This document shows, in pieces, positions 35,601 through 44,146 of a DNA stretch of 64,000 bases (its first letter is position 1; each line of letters starts with the position of its first letter). This DNA comes from a virus (Duplodnaviria; Caudoviricetes). Below the pieces are notes generated by a model. The model did no database searches. It was not told where the DNA came from and saw only the letters and a program-made list of their open reading frames with translations. The stretch lies in IMG/VR virus record IMGVR_UViG_2636415863_000002, positions 1 to 64,000 of that record, one strand, 5' to 3'. Both the position numbers and the translations under genes were made by a program.

Positions 35601-35840
35601 GGCTGTCAGCTCCGTTCGGGCAGGGTGCGGGCGACGGCACATCGACGAGGCCCGCTGCCCGGCCGCGGTCCCTCGGGCAGCGGGGGTTTTGGGTCCGCCC
35701 GACCGCGGCCAGGCGGTCGGGCGGACCGGGGTGCCGAGCGCGGGGGTGCGCTTCAAGGCCCCTGCCTGCCCCACACGGCAGGCGTTGTTCCTCGCGGGCG
35801 CGGGAGCTGCCGCCACAGGGCTCGACCGTCCCGCGAGGGG

Positions 35841-36083
35841 TCAGGCGGCGCGTAGTCCGCGCTGCGGTGTGGCCCGGTAGGTGCGGGCCAGCGCTTCGAT
35901 CTCGGGGAGCGCGTACATGGTCTTGTATTCGTGGCCGTTGCCGGTGAGCCGGTTCTCGCCGGAGAAGCGGCGGATCTTCCCGCGGGACGCCCACTGGCGG
36001 ATCACCTGCTGCGGAACGCCGGTTGCCGCTGTGGCTTCGTGACCGAAGACCAAGTCTTCGGGCTGGATCTCTACGAGACGCAC
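35841..36083 (-). CDS. Small MerR-like HTH protein
   Basis: AATGVPQQVIRQWASRGKI...YALPEI; GGAGGT RBS. Confidence 0.7.
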   Translation of the reverse strand: MRLVEIQPEDLVFGHEATAATGVPQQVIRQWASRGKIRRFSGENRLTGNGHEYKTMYALPEIEALARTYRATPQRGLRAA

Positions 36084-36107
36084 GCGGCACCTCCGGATCT
36101 GGAATGC

Positions 36108-36135
36108 AGAAAGCCCCCGACGAATCGGAGGCTTC
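36108..36135 (-). terminator. Intrinsic terminator just downstream of putative late promoter
   Basis: AAGCCTCCGA-TTCG-TCGGGGGCTT-TCT. Confidence 0.6.
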
Positions 36136-36172
36136 CTCAAGGTTGCGGGCACACGGGTGCTTCGTTTGAAGC

Positions 36173-36201
36173 AGTGTGACATTCAACTACCCGTCCCGCA
36201 A
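36173..36201 (-). promoter_or_regulatory. Putative late promoter
   Basis: TTGCGG-17 nt-CACACT facing the structural operon. Confidence 0.45.
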
Positions 36202-36222
36202 GCGCCGCCGGGAATTCGGCAA

Positions 36223-36936
36223 TCAGGCCGCCATGTCCCGCTCAGCAAGGGGCAGTTCCAGCGCATCGGTCCGGGTGTATTGAGTGTTGCAGTTGATGCA
36301 TCGCGTGCCGGGTGTAGAGATCGTGATGCGCATTGTCCCGCCGCATGGGCAGGCGACAGTGACGCGCCGCTCGGGCTTCTCTCCGGTGACCTGGCGTCGG
36401 CAGGATCGGGTGAGTGTTGCGACCTCGGTGGCGAATTCTGCGAAGGCTGGGTGTTCGGTGGCTGCCCATTCCAAATTATTGCGGAGCGCCTTCACGACCT
36501 GGTCAAGCTGCTGCTGCAGGCCGCCTTGCCACCGCGGATGGTTCCAGCCGAGGCGCTCGTGCCAGTCCGTCAGCCAGGTCTGTAGGACGGTGACGACGCC
36601 TCCGCGGGCGGAGAGGCTGAGCGGTTCGAGGCGGAGCGGGAGCGGTGCGGTGCGGGCGCCTCCGGAAACGCGGGCTTCCCCACTGCTGGCACCGGGCCTG
36701 AGGGCGAGGGCGAGGGAGGCGTACAGTCCGCGGGGCCCGGCGAGCGCTTCGAGGTACTCGCCGGCGCGGCTCTGGCACAGGCGGCATGCCTGCCGGCCGA
36801 GTTCGGTGTCCCACAGGTTCCGGCCGCACGCGGTGCAGGTCGGCCATTGGTAGCTGTCGTTGCTGGCGGCGTTGTTCACGGTGAGGCTCCTCGGCGGCGC
36901 GTGGGACTGAGGGGCGGCGTTATACACAGTGTGCAC
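36223..36936 (-). CDS. Zn-finger protein, candidate late-gene regulator
   Basis: CTAC, CRLC, CPCG, CINC; immediately upstream of the late operon; start uncertain. Confidence 0.7.
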   Translation of the reverse strand: MHTVYNAAPQSHAPPRSLTVNNAASNDSYQWPTCTACGRNLWDTELGRQACRLCQSRAGEYLEALAGPRGLYASLALALRPGASSGEARVSGGARTAPLPLRLEPLSLSARGGVVTVLQTWLTDWHERLGWNHPRWQGGLQQQLDQVVKALRNNLEWAATEHPAFAEFATEVATLTRSCRRQVTGEKPERRVTVACPCGGTMRITISTPGTRCINCNTQYTRTDALELPLAERDMAA

Positions 36937-37116
36937 GCCTGCCCCGACAATCCCGGGCGCCTGGGAGGGTGCCGTGAGGTATGACGGCTCCTTGGCCGGT
37001 ACCTATCTCTCTGAGCCCTGTCCGGCGTGAAGCCTGTGTCTGATGCCGGGGGGTTGGCCGACTGGCATGTACACGTGACAGGGTGGACGCGTGACCTGGG
37101 AGGGGGCGGTGACGCG

Positions 37117-38682
37117 GTGTTCTATCGCGTGCATGCGGTGGATCTGATCGAATCGTCGTGGGGGATGCACACGCTGAACGACGAGCTCGTGGAGACGGTT
37201 CTCGCGCTGGTGCGGGAGCTGAGCGAGCAAGCGGGCATGGTGGGCGACGACGATGCGGGCGAGGTTTTCGCCAACGTGTACAAGAGCGCAGCCAAGACGA
37301 CGGTAAACCAGCTTGGGGAAGCCGCCCATGCCATGGGGCGTGGCAGTGACGCAGTGCTGCAGACGGCCAACAACTACATGGCGGCCGAGAGCGCTGCGAC
37401 CAAGGCGATGCTGGAGGCGATGGGGAAGAGCGGAGCAGCCGGCCCTCCGACGGGTCGATCCGGCAACTGCACTTCGGCACCGCGGGGGCGGGGCGAGGAA
37501 CTGGAGGAAGTGGTCGGCGAGTCCAGCACGGCTACCAAGTGGCTGTTTGGCGACCGGTTCCGGGGCGATCCCGAGAAGCTGCGCAGTGTTGCCGCCACTT
37601 GGCGTAAAGCCCGAACCATCACCGAACGGGTGCACACCGAGGCGCAGGATTGCTGGCTCCAAGCCAAGCGCAACCACGAAGGCAAAACCGCCGAGGCGAT
37701 CGACAGGTTCTTCACCAAGTTCGTCGGGTGGGAGACCGCTCCGTCGCAGACTGACAGCTCGTGCACGCTGATGGCCAACCTGCCCGCCGCCTGCCAGCAG
37801 ATCACCAACGCCTGCGATCAGTATGCCGACCACATCGAGACCGCACACAAGGCGGCACTGGATGATGCATCCGACCTTTTTGGGGAGTCGAACTGGCAAA
37901 TGCCCTGGGAGAAGCCGGCGCTGGGCGGTAACGGTTATGACGGTGGATTGATGAACGCCGTTGTGAGCGATGGTCGGATAACCCAGCTGGCGAGCCTCGC
38001 ACACAACCTGGACGCCTCCCAGGCCCGTGTTCCAGTGCCCGGCCCGAAACCGGACATCGACGGACCAATGCCGGGCGTCCCGCCCTTCATCCGCGTCCCT
38101 GCCCCGATCCTCGTGCCCGCGGCGTATTTCCCGCCAGACCCATCCGTACCGCGCGGGCAGCCCATCCCTCCACCCAATCCGCCGGACCCGCGCTTCCCGC
38201 CGCTCAGCGCCCAGGAGCGTGCCGCCTTCACGCACTGGGCCGGTGGGCTGCGCGACGGGGGGTTCTCCAACGGACGGGACATCACTGATCCGGACAACGC
38301 CTACCAGCACCGCATTTGTGGCTATCCGGAGAAGGAACTGCCGATCGATCCGAAGCTCTCGAAGAATGGCACGCAGATCGCTGATGGCGTGCGTGCTTCT
38401 GATGGCATGGCGGTGGACGCCAAGCACGTCCGGGATCCCGGATGTTCCAAAACCTTCCGTAGCCTCGACAAATTGGAAAAAGCAGACGCTTTCCAGAAGA
38501 GGGTATTGTTCAGCGACGACACGGGTGAGCTGAAGAAGTACAAGTCAGCTATGGAGTACGGGCCGAACAAGGGACAGATCCGCGGCCTGGAAATCGTCAC
38601 CAACGACCAGTCGACCGTGCCGTACTGGGACGCCATGATGGCCGCCCAAGGCGTTAAAGGCTACGCCCGCTACGCACCCTGA
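37117..38682 (+). CDS. Polymorphic toxin: WXG100-like helical N-terminus, Pro-rich linker, restriction-endonuclease-fold (Tox-REase-2-like) C-terminus
   Basis: GDPEKLRSVAATW, YQHRICG.PE, ADGVR..DG..VDAKHV PD-(D/E)xK-like core; start uncertain. Confidence 0.75.
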   Translation: MFYRVHAVDLIESSWGMHTLNDELVETVLALVRELSEQAGMVGDDDAGEVFANVYKSAAKTTVNQLGEAAHAMGRGSDAVLQTANNYMAAESAATKAMLEAMGKSGAAGPPTGRSGNCTSAPRGRGEELEEVVGESSTATKWLFGDRFRGDPEKLRSVAATWRKARTITERVHTEAQDCWLQAKRNHEGKTAEAIDRFFTKFVGWETAPSQTDSSCTLMANLPAACQQITNACDQYADHIETAHKAALDDASDLFGESNWQMPWEKPALGGNGYDGGLMNAVVSDGRITQLASLAHNLDASQARVPVPGPKPDIDGPMPGVPPFIRVPAPILVPAAYFPPDPSVPRGQPIPPPNPPDPRFPPLSAQERAAFTHWAGGLRDGGFSNGRDITDPDNAYQHRICGYPEKELPIDPKLSKNGTQIADGVRASDGMAVDAKHVRDPGCSKTFRSLDKLEKADAFQKRVLFSDDTGELKKYKSAMEYGPNKGQIRGLEIVTNDQSTVPYWDAMMAAQGVKGYARYAP

Positions 38683-38694
38683 TAAGGAGCTCTT

Positions 38695-39144
38695 GTGCCA
38701 GACACAGCCGCGCACGACTACCGGACGCTGTTCATGTTCGGCGCCCCTAACGCCAACCCGCGCAGTTGGGGCCTGTCACTCGACACGTTTGCCGACACCC
38801 TGCGGAGCCAAGATCCCGACGTTTTTCTGAACCGGGACAGCAGTGAGATCACTGGCGATGCGCTGACCTTCGGCTTCGGAGAGGACCTCGAAGGCTTCGC
38901 ACAGGCCGACCCTGACGGGACAGCTCTGCAGGACTGCACGGCCGAAGAGGCAGCCGAGTTCGCCCTCTGGCTGCGCCAGTACATCGTCCCTGAGACGGCA
39001 GAGATCGAGTTCAACATCCGACCGGCCGCTGAAATCGACCTGCCCAACCGCCTCCTGCCCCGGGGGGATGCGGCGACAGTGAAGCAGGCCCTGCTGGCAT
39101 ACGTCGAAGACGTCCTTGCAGCGCAGGAGCGCGGGGACATGTGA
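38695..39144 (+). CDS. Putative immunity protein
   Basis: Acidic 149 aa, 12 nt after toxin stop, AAGGAG RBS. Confidence 0.65.
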   Translation: MPDTAAHDYRTLFMFGAPNANPRSWGLSLDTFADTLRSQDPDVFLNRDSSEITGDALTFGFGEDLEGFAQADPDGTALQDCTAEEAAEFALWLRQYIVPETAEIEFNIRPAAEIDLPNRLLPRGDAATVKQALLAYVEDVLAAQERGDM

Positions 39145-39273
39145 GCCGTCGTGCGACCGAGAAGACGGCGCGTGGGACTGAGGGGCTGTGCTGCTCCCAC
39201 GGGGCTACGGCCGTTGGAGGGGTTCTGCCCGAATTCACCCCCAACTGTGCTGTGTCCGGGGCATGATGCTGCT

Positions 39274-39456
39274 ATGGAGACGGTGTACACGGTCCTCGCG
39301 GATTCGCGAGACACGGCGCACGAGAGAATCACCCGCCTCTGCCAACTCCTTGACCTGGCTCCGTTGGGCGGGCCGTCTGTGGTTCTCGGCCGCGGCCGTT
39401 GGCTGGCCCGCGCTGTCGAATCGAAGCGCCCCGCGGAGGGCGAGACGTCGTCCTGA
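39274..39456 (+). CDS. Small hypothetical protein
   Basis: METVYTV...GRWLARAV. Confidence 0.5.
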   Translation: METVYTVLADSRDTAHERITRLCQLLDLAPLGGPSVVLGRGRWLARAVESKRPAEGETSS

Positions 39457-39514
39457 ACCTGGGCCGGGGGAATGCACGTCGGACAGGCGACAGTTTTCGT
39501 GCCACGGTCACAGC

Positions 39515-39709
39515 ATGACGAAGCAACTACCCCGGGAATGCACGCAATCCGAGTACCGCCGAATCCCGTTCCGCCGTTGCCCCGAGTGCGGGCATCGCTA
39601 CCAGCCATCCTGGACGCCCGCCCCACCGGAATTCGAATCCGAGGCTGATCCGATCGGCGCTCTCGGCTGGGTCTGTCCTCGCGAGCTCTGCGGCCACATC
39701 CCCGAGTAG
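39515..39709 (+). CDS. Small Zn-ribbon protein
   Basis: CPECG and CPRELCGH. Confidence 0.5.
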   Translation: MTKQLPRECTQSEYRRIPFRRCPECGHRYQPSWTPAPPEFESEADPIGALGWVCPRELCGHIPE

Positions 39710-39785
39710 CCCGGACATAGAAGGGCCCCGCCGCGACGGGGGACGCGGCGGGGTCAAGTTCAGTTTGACAGACGGTCGGCGACTT

Positions 39786-39974
39786 TCAGGACCAAACAGT
39801 CGCGATCAGGAGCCGTTCGTAGTCGGCAGCGGTGACACCAAGGCTGGCGGCGACTTCCATCGCGGTGTTGGCGGCGCGCACTTCCGCGTACTTTGTCCCA
39901 CCGTTGTCCAGTTGCTTGAAGACCTTGTCGAGGGCCTTGGCTGCGCTGTCGGCGGCGGATTCCTTGAGGCTCAT
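39786..39974 (-). CDS. Small hypothetical protein
   Basis: 62 aa; AAAGGA RBS. Confidence 0.6.
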   Translation of the reverse strand: MSLKESAADSAAKALDKVFKQLDNGGTKYAEVRAANTAMEVAASLGVTAADYERLLIATVWS

Positions 39975-40029
39975 CGGTGTTCCTTTCACAGTTCGCTGGT
40001 TGTTGACGGGGACATCGCCAGCTTGCTTG

Positions 40030-40347
40030 TCAGCGCCATTCCCAGGGCTGTCGGGCGTTGGCAGCGGCTTGTGCGGCGTTGGCGAGTTCGCGGGCGAGGT
40101 CGCCGAAATCGGGTGGCATTCGGCGGTGACTGGCGGCCTTGTGCAGGAGGCTCGCGATACGGCCAGCATCTGCGGCGGGAACGGAGAAGTACGCGTCGCC
40201 GTAGCGGTGGTTGAGCACTGGCGCCAGAGTCCGCCAGTCGCGGGCGGGCAATACGTCCGCGACTGCTTGGGCGAGGTTGGAGATGGTGGTGTACGAGCGG
40301 CAGATTTCGTTGTTCCGGTCGGTTCCGTGGAAGATGTTCCAGCCCAT
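40030..40347 (-). CDS. Hypothetical protein
   Basis: 105 aa; AAAGGA RBS. Confidence 0.65.
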   Translation of the reverse strand: MGWNIFHGTDRNNEICRSYTTISNLAQAVADVLPARDWRTLAPVLNHRYGDAYFSVPAADAGRIASLLHKAASHRRMPPDFGDLARELANAAQAAANARQPWEWR

Positions 40348-40416
40348 TCAGGGTTCCTTTCGATGTGGAGGTGATGCGGGGCCCGGTACTGGTCGCTGGG
40401 CCCCGCCGAGAGACGG

Positions 40417-40650
40417 TCAGACCATGAGCCGGTATTCGTCGACCATGTCGCTGGTGTTTGCGAGGTACTTGACGGCCTGGTTCAGGAGGGTTCGACGCTT
40501 GGCGCCGGTGGAGCCGATGGCGCCGGACAGGTACGTCGCGGCGGTCTCCAGATCCTCCGCCCCGTTAATCCGGGCGTAGGTGCCGAAGTTGAGCGCTGCC
40601 GTCCCGAGCTGATTGATGAATTCCTCGGGAGTCTCGGGAGCGATGGTCAC
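40417..40650 (-). CDS. Small hypothetical protein
   Basis: 77 aa; AAGGAG RBS. Confidence 0.65.
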   Translation of the reverse strand: MTIAPETPEEFINQLGTAALNFGTYARINGAEDLETAATYLSGAIGSTGAKRRTLLNQAVKYLANTSDMVDEYRLMV

Positions 40651-40695
40651 GGGCTTCTCCTTGATGGTCGGAGGGGTTTGACGGGTGGGTTGGAG

Positions 40696-40938
40696 TCAGT
40701 CGAGCTGGACGCCGTCGGGGATTTCGCCGGCGTGGAGGGCAGCGGCGATCACCCGGAAGTCGCGGGCATTGCGGCGGTGAAGGGGGACGGCGCGGGAGGC
40801 CACCTGCCGTTCGGCGTCGCCGAGCTGCGGGTTCTTGGCGGCCTGTTCGCCGTCGCGGGCGGCTTCGTCGTAGCGCTTCGCTTCGGCTTCGAAGCGGTCA
40901 GCCTCCTGGTTCAGGCGGGCCCGGGAGTAGCGGGACAT
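40696..40938 (-). CDS. Small helical hypothetical protein
   Basis: 80 aa; AAGGAG RBS. Confidence 0.65.
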   Translation of the reverse strand: MSRYSRARLNQEADRFEAEAKRYDEAARDGEQAAKNPQLGDAERQVASRAVPLHRRNARDFRVIAAALHAGEIPDGVQLD

Positions 40939-40956
40939 TCGGTCTCCTTCTGTGGG

Positions 40957-41181
40957 TTAGGCGGCTGACCGCTTCGGCGTCAGGTACTGGGCGGGGATCT
41001 GATAGCCGGCGGGCGGCTCATAGTCGTCGGGTACGTCGCCGGGGCGCGGCCGACCGAGGCAGGCGAGGCTGCGCTTGCGCCAGTAGCTGGTCGGGTAGGC
41101 GAGGATCTGGAAAGCGCGGGCGAGACGGGCAGGGTCGGGCAGAGTCGCGGTGGGCTTATGGGCACGGTTTCGGCGGAGCAT
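40957..41181 (-). CDS. Small hypothetical protein
   Basis: 74 aa; AAAGGG RBS. Confidence 0.55.
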   Translation of the reverse strand: MLRRNRAHKPTATLPDPARLARAFQILAYPTSYWRKRSLACLGRPRPGDVPDDYEPPAGYQIPAQYLTPKRSAA

Positions 41182-41196
41182 GCGTTTCCCTTTCGG

Positions 41197-41778
41197 TTAG
41201 CGCCCTGCGTTGAGGGCGCGGTGGTGAGCGGCGGTGAGGAGTTCGACGGCTTGGTCGGGAGTGCGGCAGACGTTCTGGTTCCAGTCGCCGATGAGGGCGT
41301 TCCAGTGCCGCCCCCGCAGCTCGGTGAGGACGTAGCCGGCGGCCTGGTGGGCGGAGTCGACGGAGCCGACGCCGAGGGCTACGGCGGAGCAGATGGCGCC
41401 GCAGATGCAGCGGCGGCCTCGCCCGTCGCGGAGTTTGTGGGGCCGGTTCTGCCAGCCCCAGCGGCGCAGCACCTCGGCGGCGACGGCCAGTTGCGTGCTG
41501 GGCTTGTGGGAGAGGTCGGCCCGGGTGCGGTGTGCCCAGTCGGGCAGGGCGCGGGAGATGCGGCCGGGCAGCCGGACGTCGACGGCGGGCCGGGTGCCGT
41601 GCTCGGGCAGCGCGCGGAGGGCCTCGTCGACGAGCTCGGCGGTGGTCTTGGCCACGAGGCTGCGGGAGTAGCTGGCGGCGATGCTCGCCCACGCTGCCCG
41701 CTCGGGCTCGCTCAGGGTCGGGGCGATGCGCGCGGCGGCCTGATCGAGGGCGGCGGCGGTCAACGTGGACGTGGGCAT
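41197..41778 (-). CDS. DUF6197-like protein
   Basis: AAEVLRRWGW...CICGAI...WN...RT.DQAVELL. Confidence 0.65.
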   Translation of the reverse strand: MPTSTLTAAALDQAAARIAPTLSEPERAAWASIAASYSRSLVAKTTAELVDEALRALPEHGTRPAVDVRLPGRISRALPDWAHRTRADLSHKPSTQLAVAAEVLRRWGWQNRPHKLRDGRGRRCICGAICSAVALGVGSVDSAHQAAGYVLTELRGRHWNALIGDWNQNVCRTPDQAVELLTAAHHRALNAGR

Positions 41779-41857
41779 GGCGAGGTAGAGCTCCTTACTT
41801 GGTAGGTGAAATGCGGCTTATGCGGGGCGAACGGTGCCCAATATCTCCCGCTATGCA

Positions 41858-41976
41858 CCCCGGACGGGGCCCGGACAGGGGGTGGACGCGACCCGGGTCA
41901 CGTCCGGGTGCCGTCCGCCCCCTGTCCGCCCTCTGACCGGGGGATATACCGGGGCAAACAGATCACTGTCCGGGGT
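41858..41976. repeat. Candidate clt (TraB recognition repeats)
   Basis: G(T/A)CCG cores at 41902, 41913, 41924, 41935 (11-bp period) plus inverted copies, directly downstream of traB. Confidence 0.55.
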
Positions 41977-41978
41977 GG

Positions 41979-44135
41979 TCAGGCCCCGTTGAAGAAGTCC
42001 AGCGCGTCAGCGATCTCGGCCCGCTGGTAGCCGTTGACGCGTCCGGTCTTGTGCGGCACGGTGATCTTCACGGTGCCGCCGGCCCCGGCTGCCCGCAGCA
42101 GCTCCCCCAGACGGTCAGCGGTCATGCCCCCGCCGATGATCTCGGCCATCTCCTCCAGCTGTGCGACATCACGGCCCAGGTCGTTCATCGCGGCGAGCGC
42201 GCCACGCAGCGCCTCCACCTGCCGCACCTGCGCAGCCGACAGATGCATGACCTCCCGCCCCGGCACACCGTCCCGCTTCGGCCCGCCGGCCGCCGACGAC
42301 AGGCCGGTCGTGTTGAAGAGGTGCCTCTCGATCGCGTCATCCCACTGCCCGGCGAGACGCCCCGCCTGCTCGCGGATCTTCGCGGCCCGCTCCAGCAGCA
42401 TGGTGATCTCGCCCCGCTCGTCCTCATCCAGGTCGAAGCTACGGGCCTTGTCGGTGACCCCGGCGAACGGGTTCACCAGCCAGCCCAGACCTGGCCGCGG
42501 CGGATCAAACTTGGAGGCGTCACGGCCCGCACCGGATGACCCCTTGCCGAGGATGGCGTTGGACTGGTCCGCGTTGTCCACACGCATCGCCCACTTGGTA
42601 CCGCAGTTCATCGCGAGAGCCTGCGGGATCACATCGACCTCGGGGTACTGCGTGATCAGCACCATGAGGATGCCCGCTCCCGCAGCAACAGCAGACAGCC
42701 CGATCAGAGCTTCCAGGATCTCTTCACGCAACGGCTTGCCCGGCCGCGTGTACGTGGCCAGCTCATCGATGACCAGCAGCTCCAGCCCGCCGATCTGCTC
42801 GATAGCAGACGCCACAAGCTTGGACTTGCCGAGCCTGCCCAACTCCGCCTCACGCCGGTCCTTGTCCGCCAGCAGCCCCTTCAGCAGGGCGAGGAGCCGC
42901 TCGGGGCTGGGCTTGAAGTACGTAGAGGCGACCCCGGTCTTGGCGTATGCGTCCCACTCGCCGTTGTTCTTCCCAGCCACGATCCGCAGGTTGACCCGAG
43001 GGTCAAAGGCGGCGCCCACGATCAGGTTGGAAGCACCGACGCCCTTGCCCGAGCGGGTCATGCCCGCGATGACGAACGAGCTGTTATTGATGACGAGAGA
43101 GACGATGGCGCCGCGCTTGTTCCAGGCGACGGGCACACCGTGCGTCCAGGCGTCGATGCCGCCTCGCATGGCCAGAAGGGGGGACGGGCGGGGCGCGGCG
43201 AAAGGGTTGGCGTCGGTCATCCACAGGGAGACGCGGCGTTCGGTGCCAGCCTTGGCGATGTCGACCATCGAGCTGTCGCGGCCGAGCGCCCCGGCGAGCG
43301 CGTCCAGTTGCTTCTGCAGCATGGCGACGGTGACGCGGGCGGGCAGGTCGAACACAGCGGTGGTGTTGCCGTCCGTACCGCGCTCCGGCGCGGCGAGGAC
43401 CGTGATCTGCTCGCGTCCCTTGACGATGCCGATCTCGCGCAGCGCCGTGTCCAGCTCCTCCACGGTCAGCGCCGGCGGCGGCGGGGCGTCGAAGGCTCGC
43501 TCGACGGCAGCCGACACGGGGACCGCCCCGTCCTGAGGCACAGCTTCGATCTCCTGCTGGTTCGGCTCCTCGACATCATCCACCGGTTCGGGTCGGCCGT
43601 GCCAGACACCGAGAGCCATCGCGCCGAGCCCCATGAGGAGGTCGACGACGGGGCCGCCCGTGACGGCGCCAACGGTGGCGCCGGTCGCAGCGGCGGCGGT
43701 CCAACCGCTGGTCTTCGCGAGCATGATCCGCTTATGGCGCTTGTAGGCGGCACGCCGCTCAGTCACGAGTTCCCGCATCTCGGTCTCGCGATCCAGGTTC
43801 CCCTTGGAAGCGCGGAGAGCCTGACGCGCGGTCTCGATCATCTGCGGGTAATCGTCGCGCCGAGCTTCCATCCAGCGACGACCGAGTTGCTGGTAGCCGC
43901 GGACGGACCAGCCGACGTACAGACGGTTTTCGACCGCGTGCCGCATCGCACGGTTGGACTGAATCCAGGTAGGCCGGACGGGCTCACCCTGATGCTCGAC
44001 GACCGCTCCTTCTACAGGCTGCGGCTGGTCCTTGACGAGGCTCAGATTCGGCCGGCGGATAGCCGGTTCGGTGCGCATGAATTCCGGGACGTCGAGGTCG
44101 GTCTGGGAGTCCGCGGAGGGGGTGTGAATAGCCAT
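41979..44135 (-). CDS. traB: TraB-like FtsK/SpoIIIE conjugative DNA translocase
   Basis: N-terminal TM pair, Walker A AGMTRSGKG, Walker B LLVIDEL, ITQYP, C-terminal wHTH-like ...NGYQRAEI. Confidence 0.85.
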   Translation of the reverse strand: MAIHTPSADSQTDLDVPEFMRTEPAIRRPNLSLVKDQPQPVEGAVVEHQGEPVRPTWIQSNRAMRHAVENRLYVGWSVRGYQQLGRRWMEARRDDYPQMIETARQALRASKGNLDRETEMRELVTERRAAYKRHKRIMLAKTSGWTAAAATGATVGAVTGGPVVDLLMGLGAMALGVWHGRPEPVDDVEEPNQQEIEAVPQDGAVPVSAAVERAFDAPPPPALTVEELDTALREIGIVKGREQITVLAAPERGTDGNTTAVFDLPARVTVAMLQKQLDALAGALGRDSSMVDIAKAGTERRVSLWMTDANPFAAPRPSPLLAMRGGIDAWTHGVPVAWNKRGAIVSLVINNSSFVIAGMTRSGKGVGASNLIVGAAFDPRVNLRIVAGKNNGEWDAYAKTGVASTYFKPSPERLLALLKGLLADKDRREAELGRLGKSKLVASAIEQIGGLELLVIDELATYTRPGKPLREEILEALIGLSAVAAGAGILMVLITQYPEVDVIPQALAMNCGTKWAMRVDNADQSNAILGKGSSGAGRDASKFDPPRPGLGWLVNPFAGVTDKARSFDLDEDERGEITMLLERAAKIREQAGRLAGQWDDAIERHLFNTTGLSSAAGGPKRDGVPGREVMHLSAAQVRQVEALRGALAAMNDLGRDVAQLEEMAEIIGGGMTADRLGELLRAAGAGGTVKITVPHKTGRVNGYQRAEIADALDFFNGA

Positions 44136-44146
44136 TAGTGGGCTCC

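Noticed and set aside
37003-38427. 474-aa minus-strand ORF
   Set aside because: Shadow of the toxin gene, which has recognisable motifs and a coupled downstream gene
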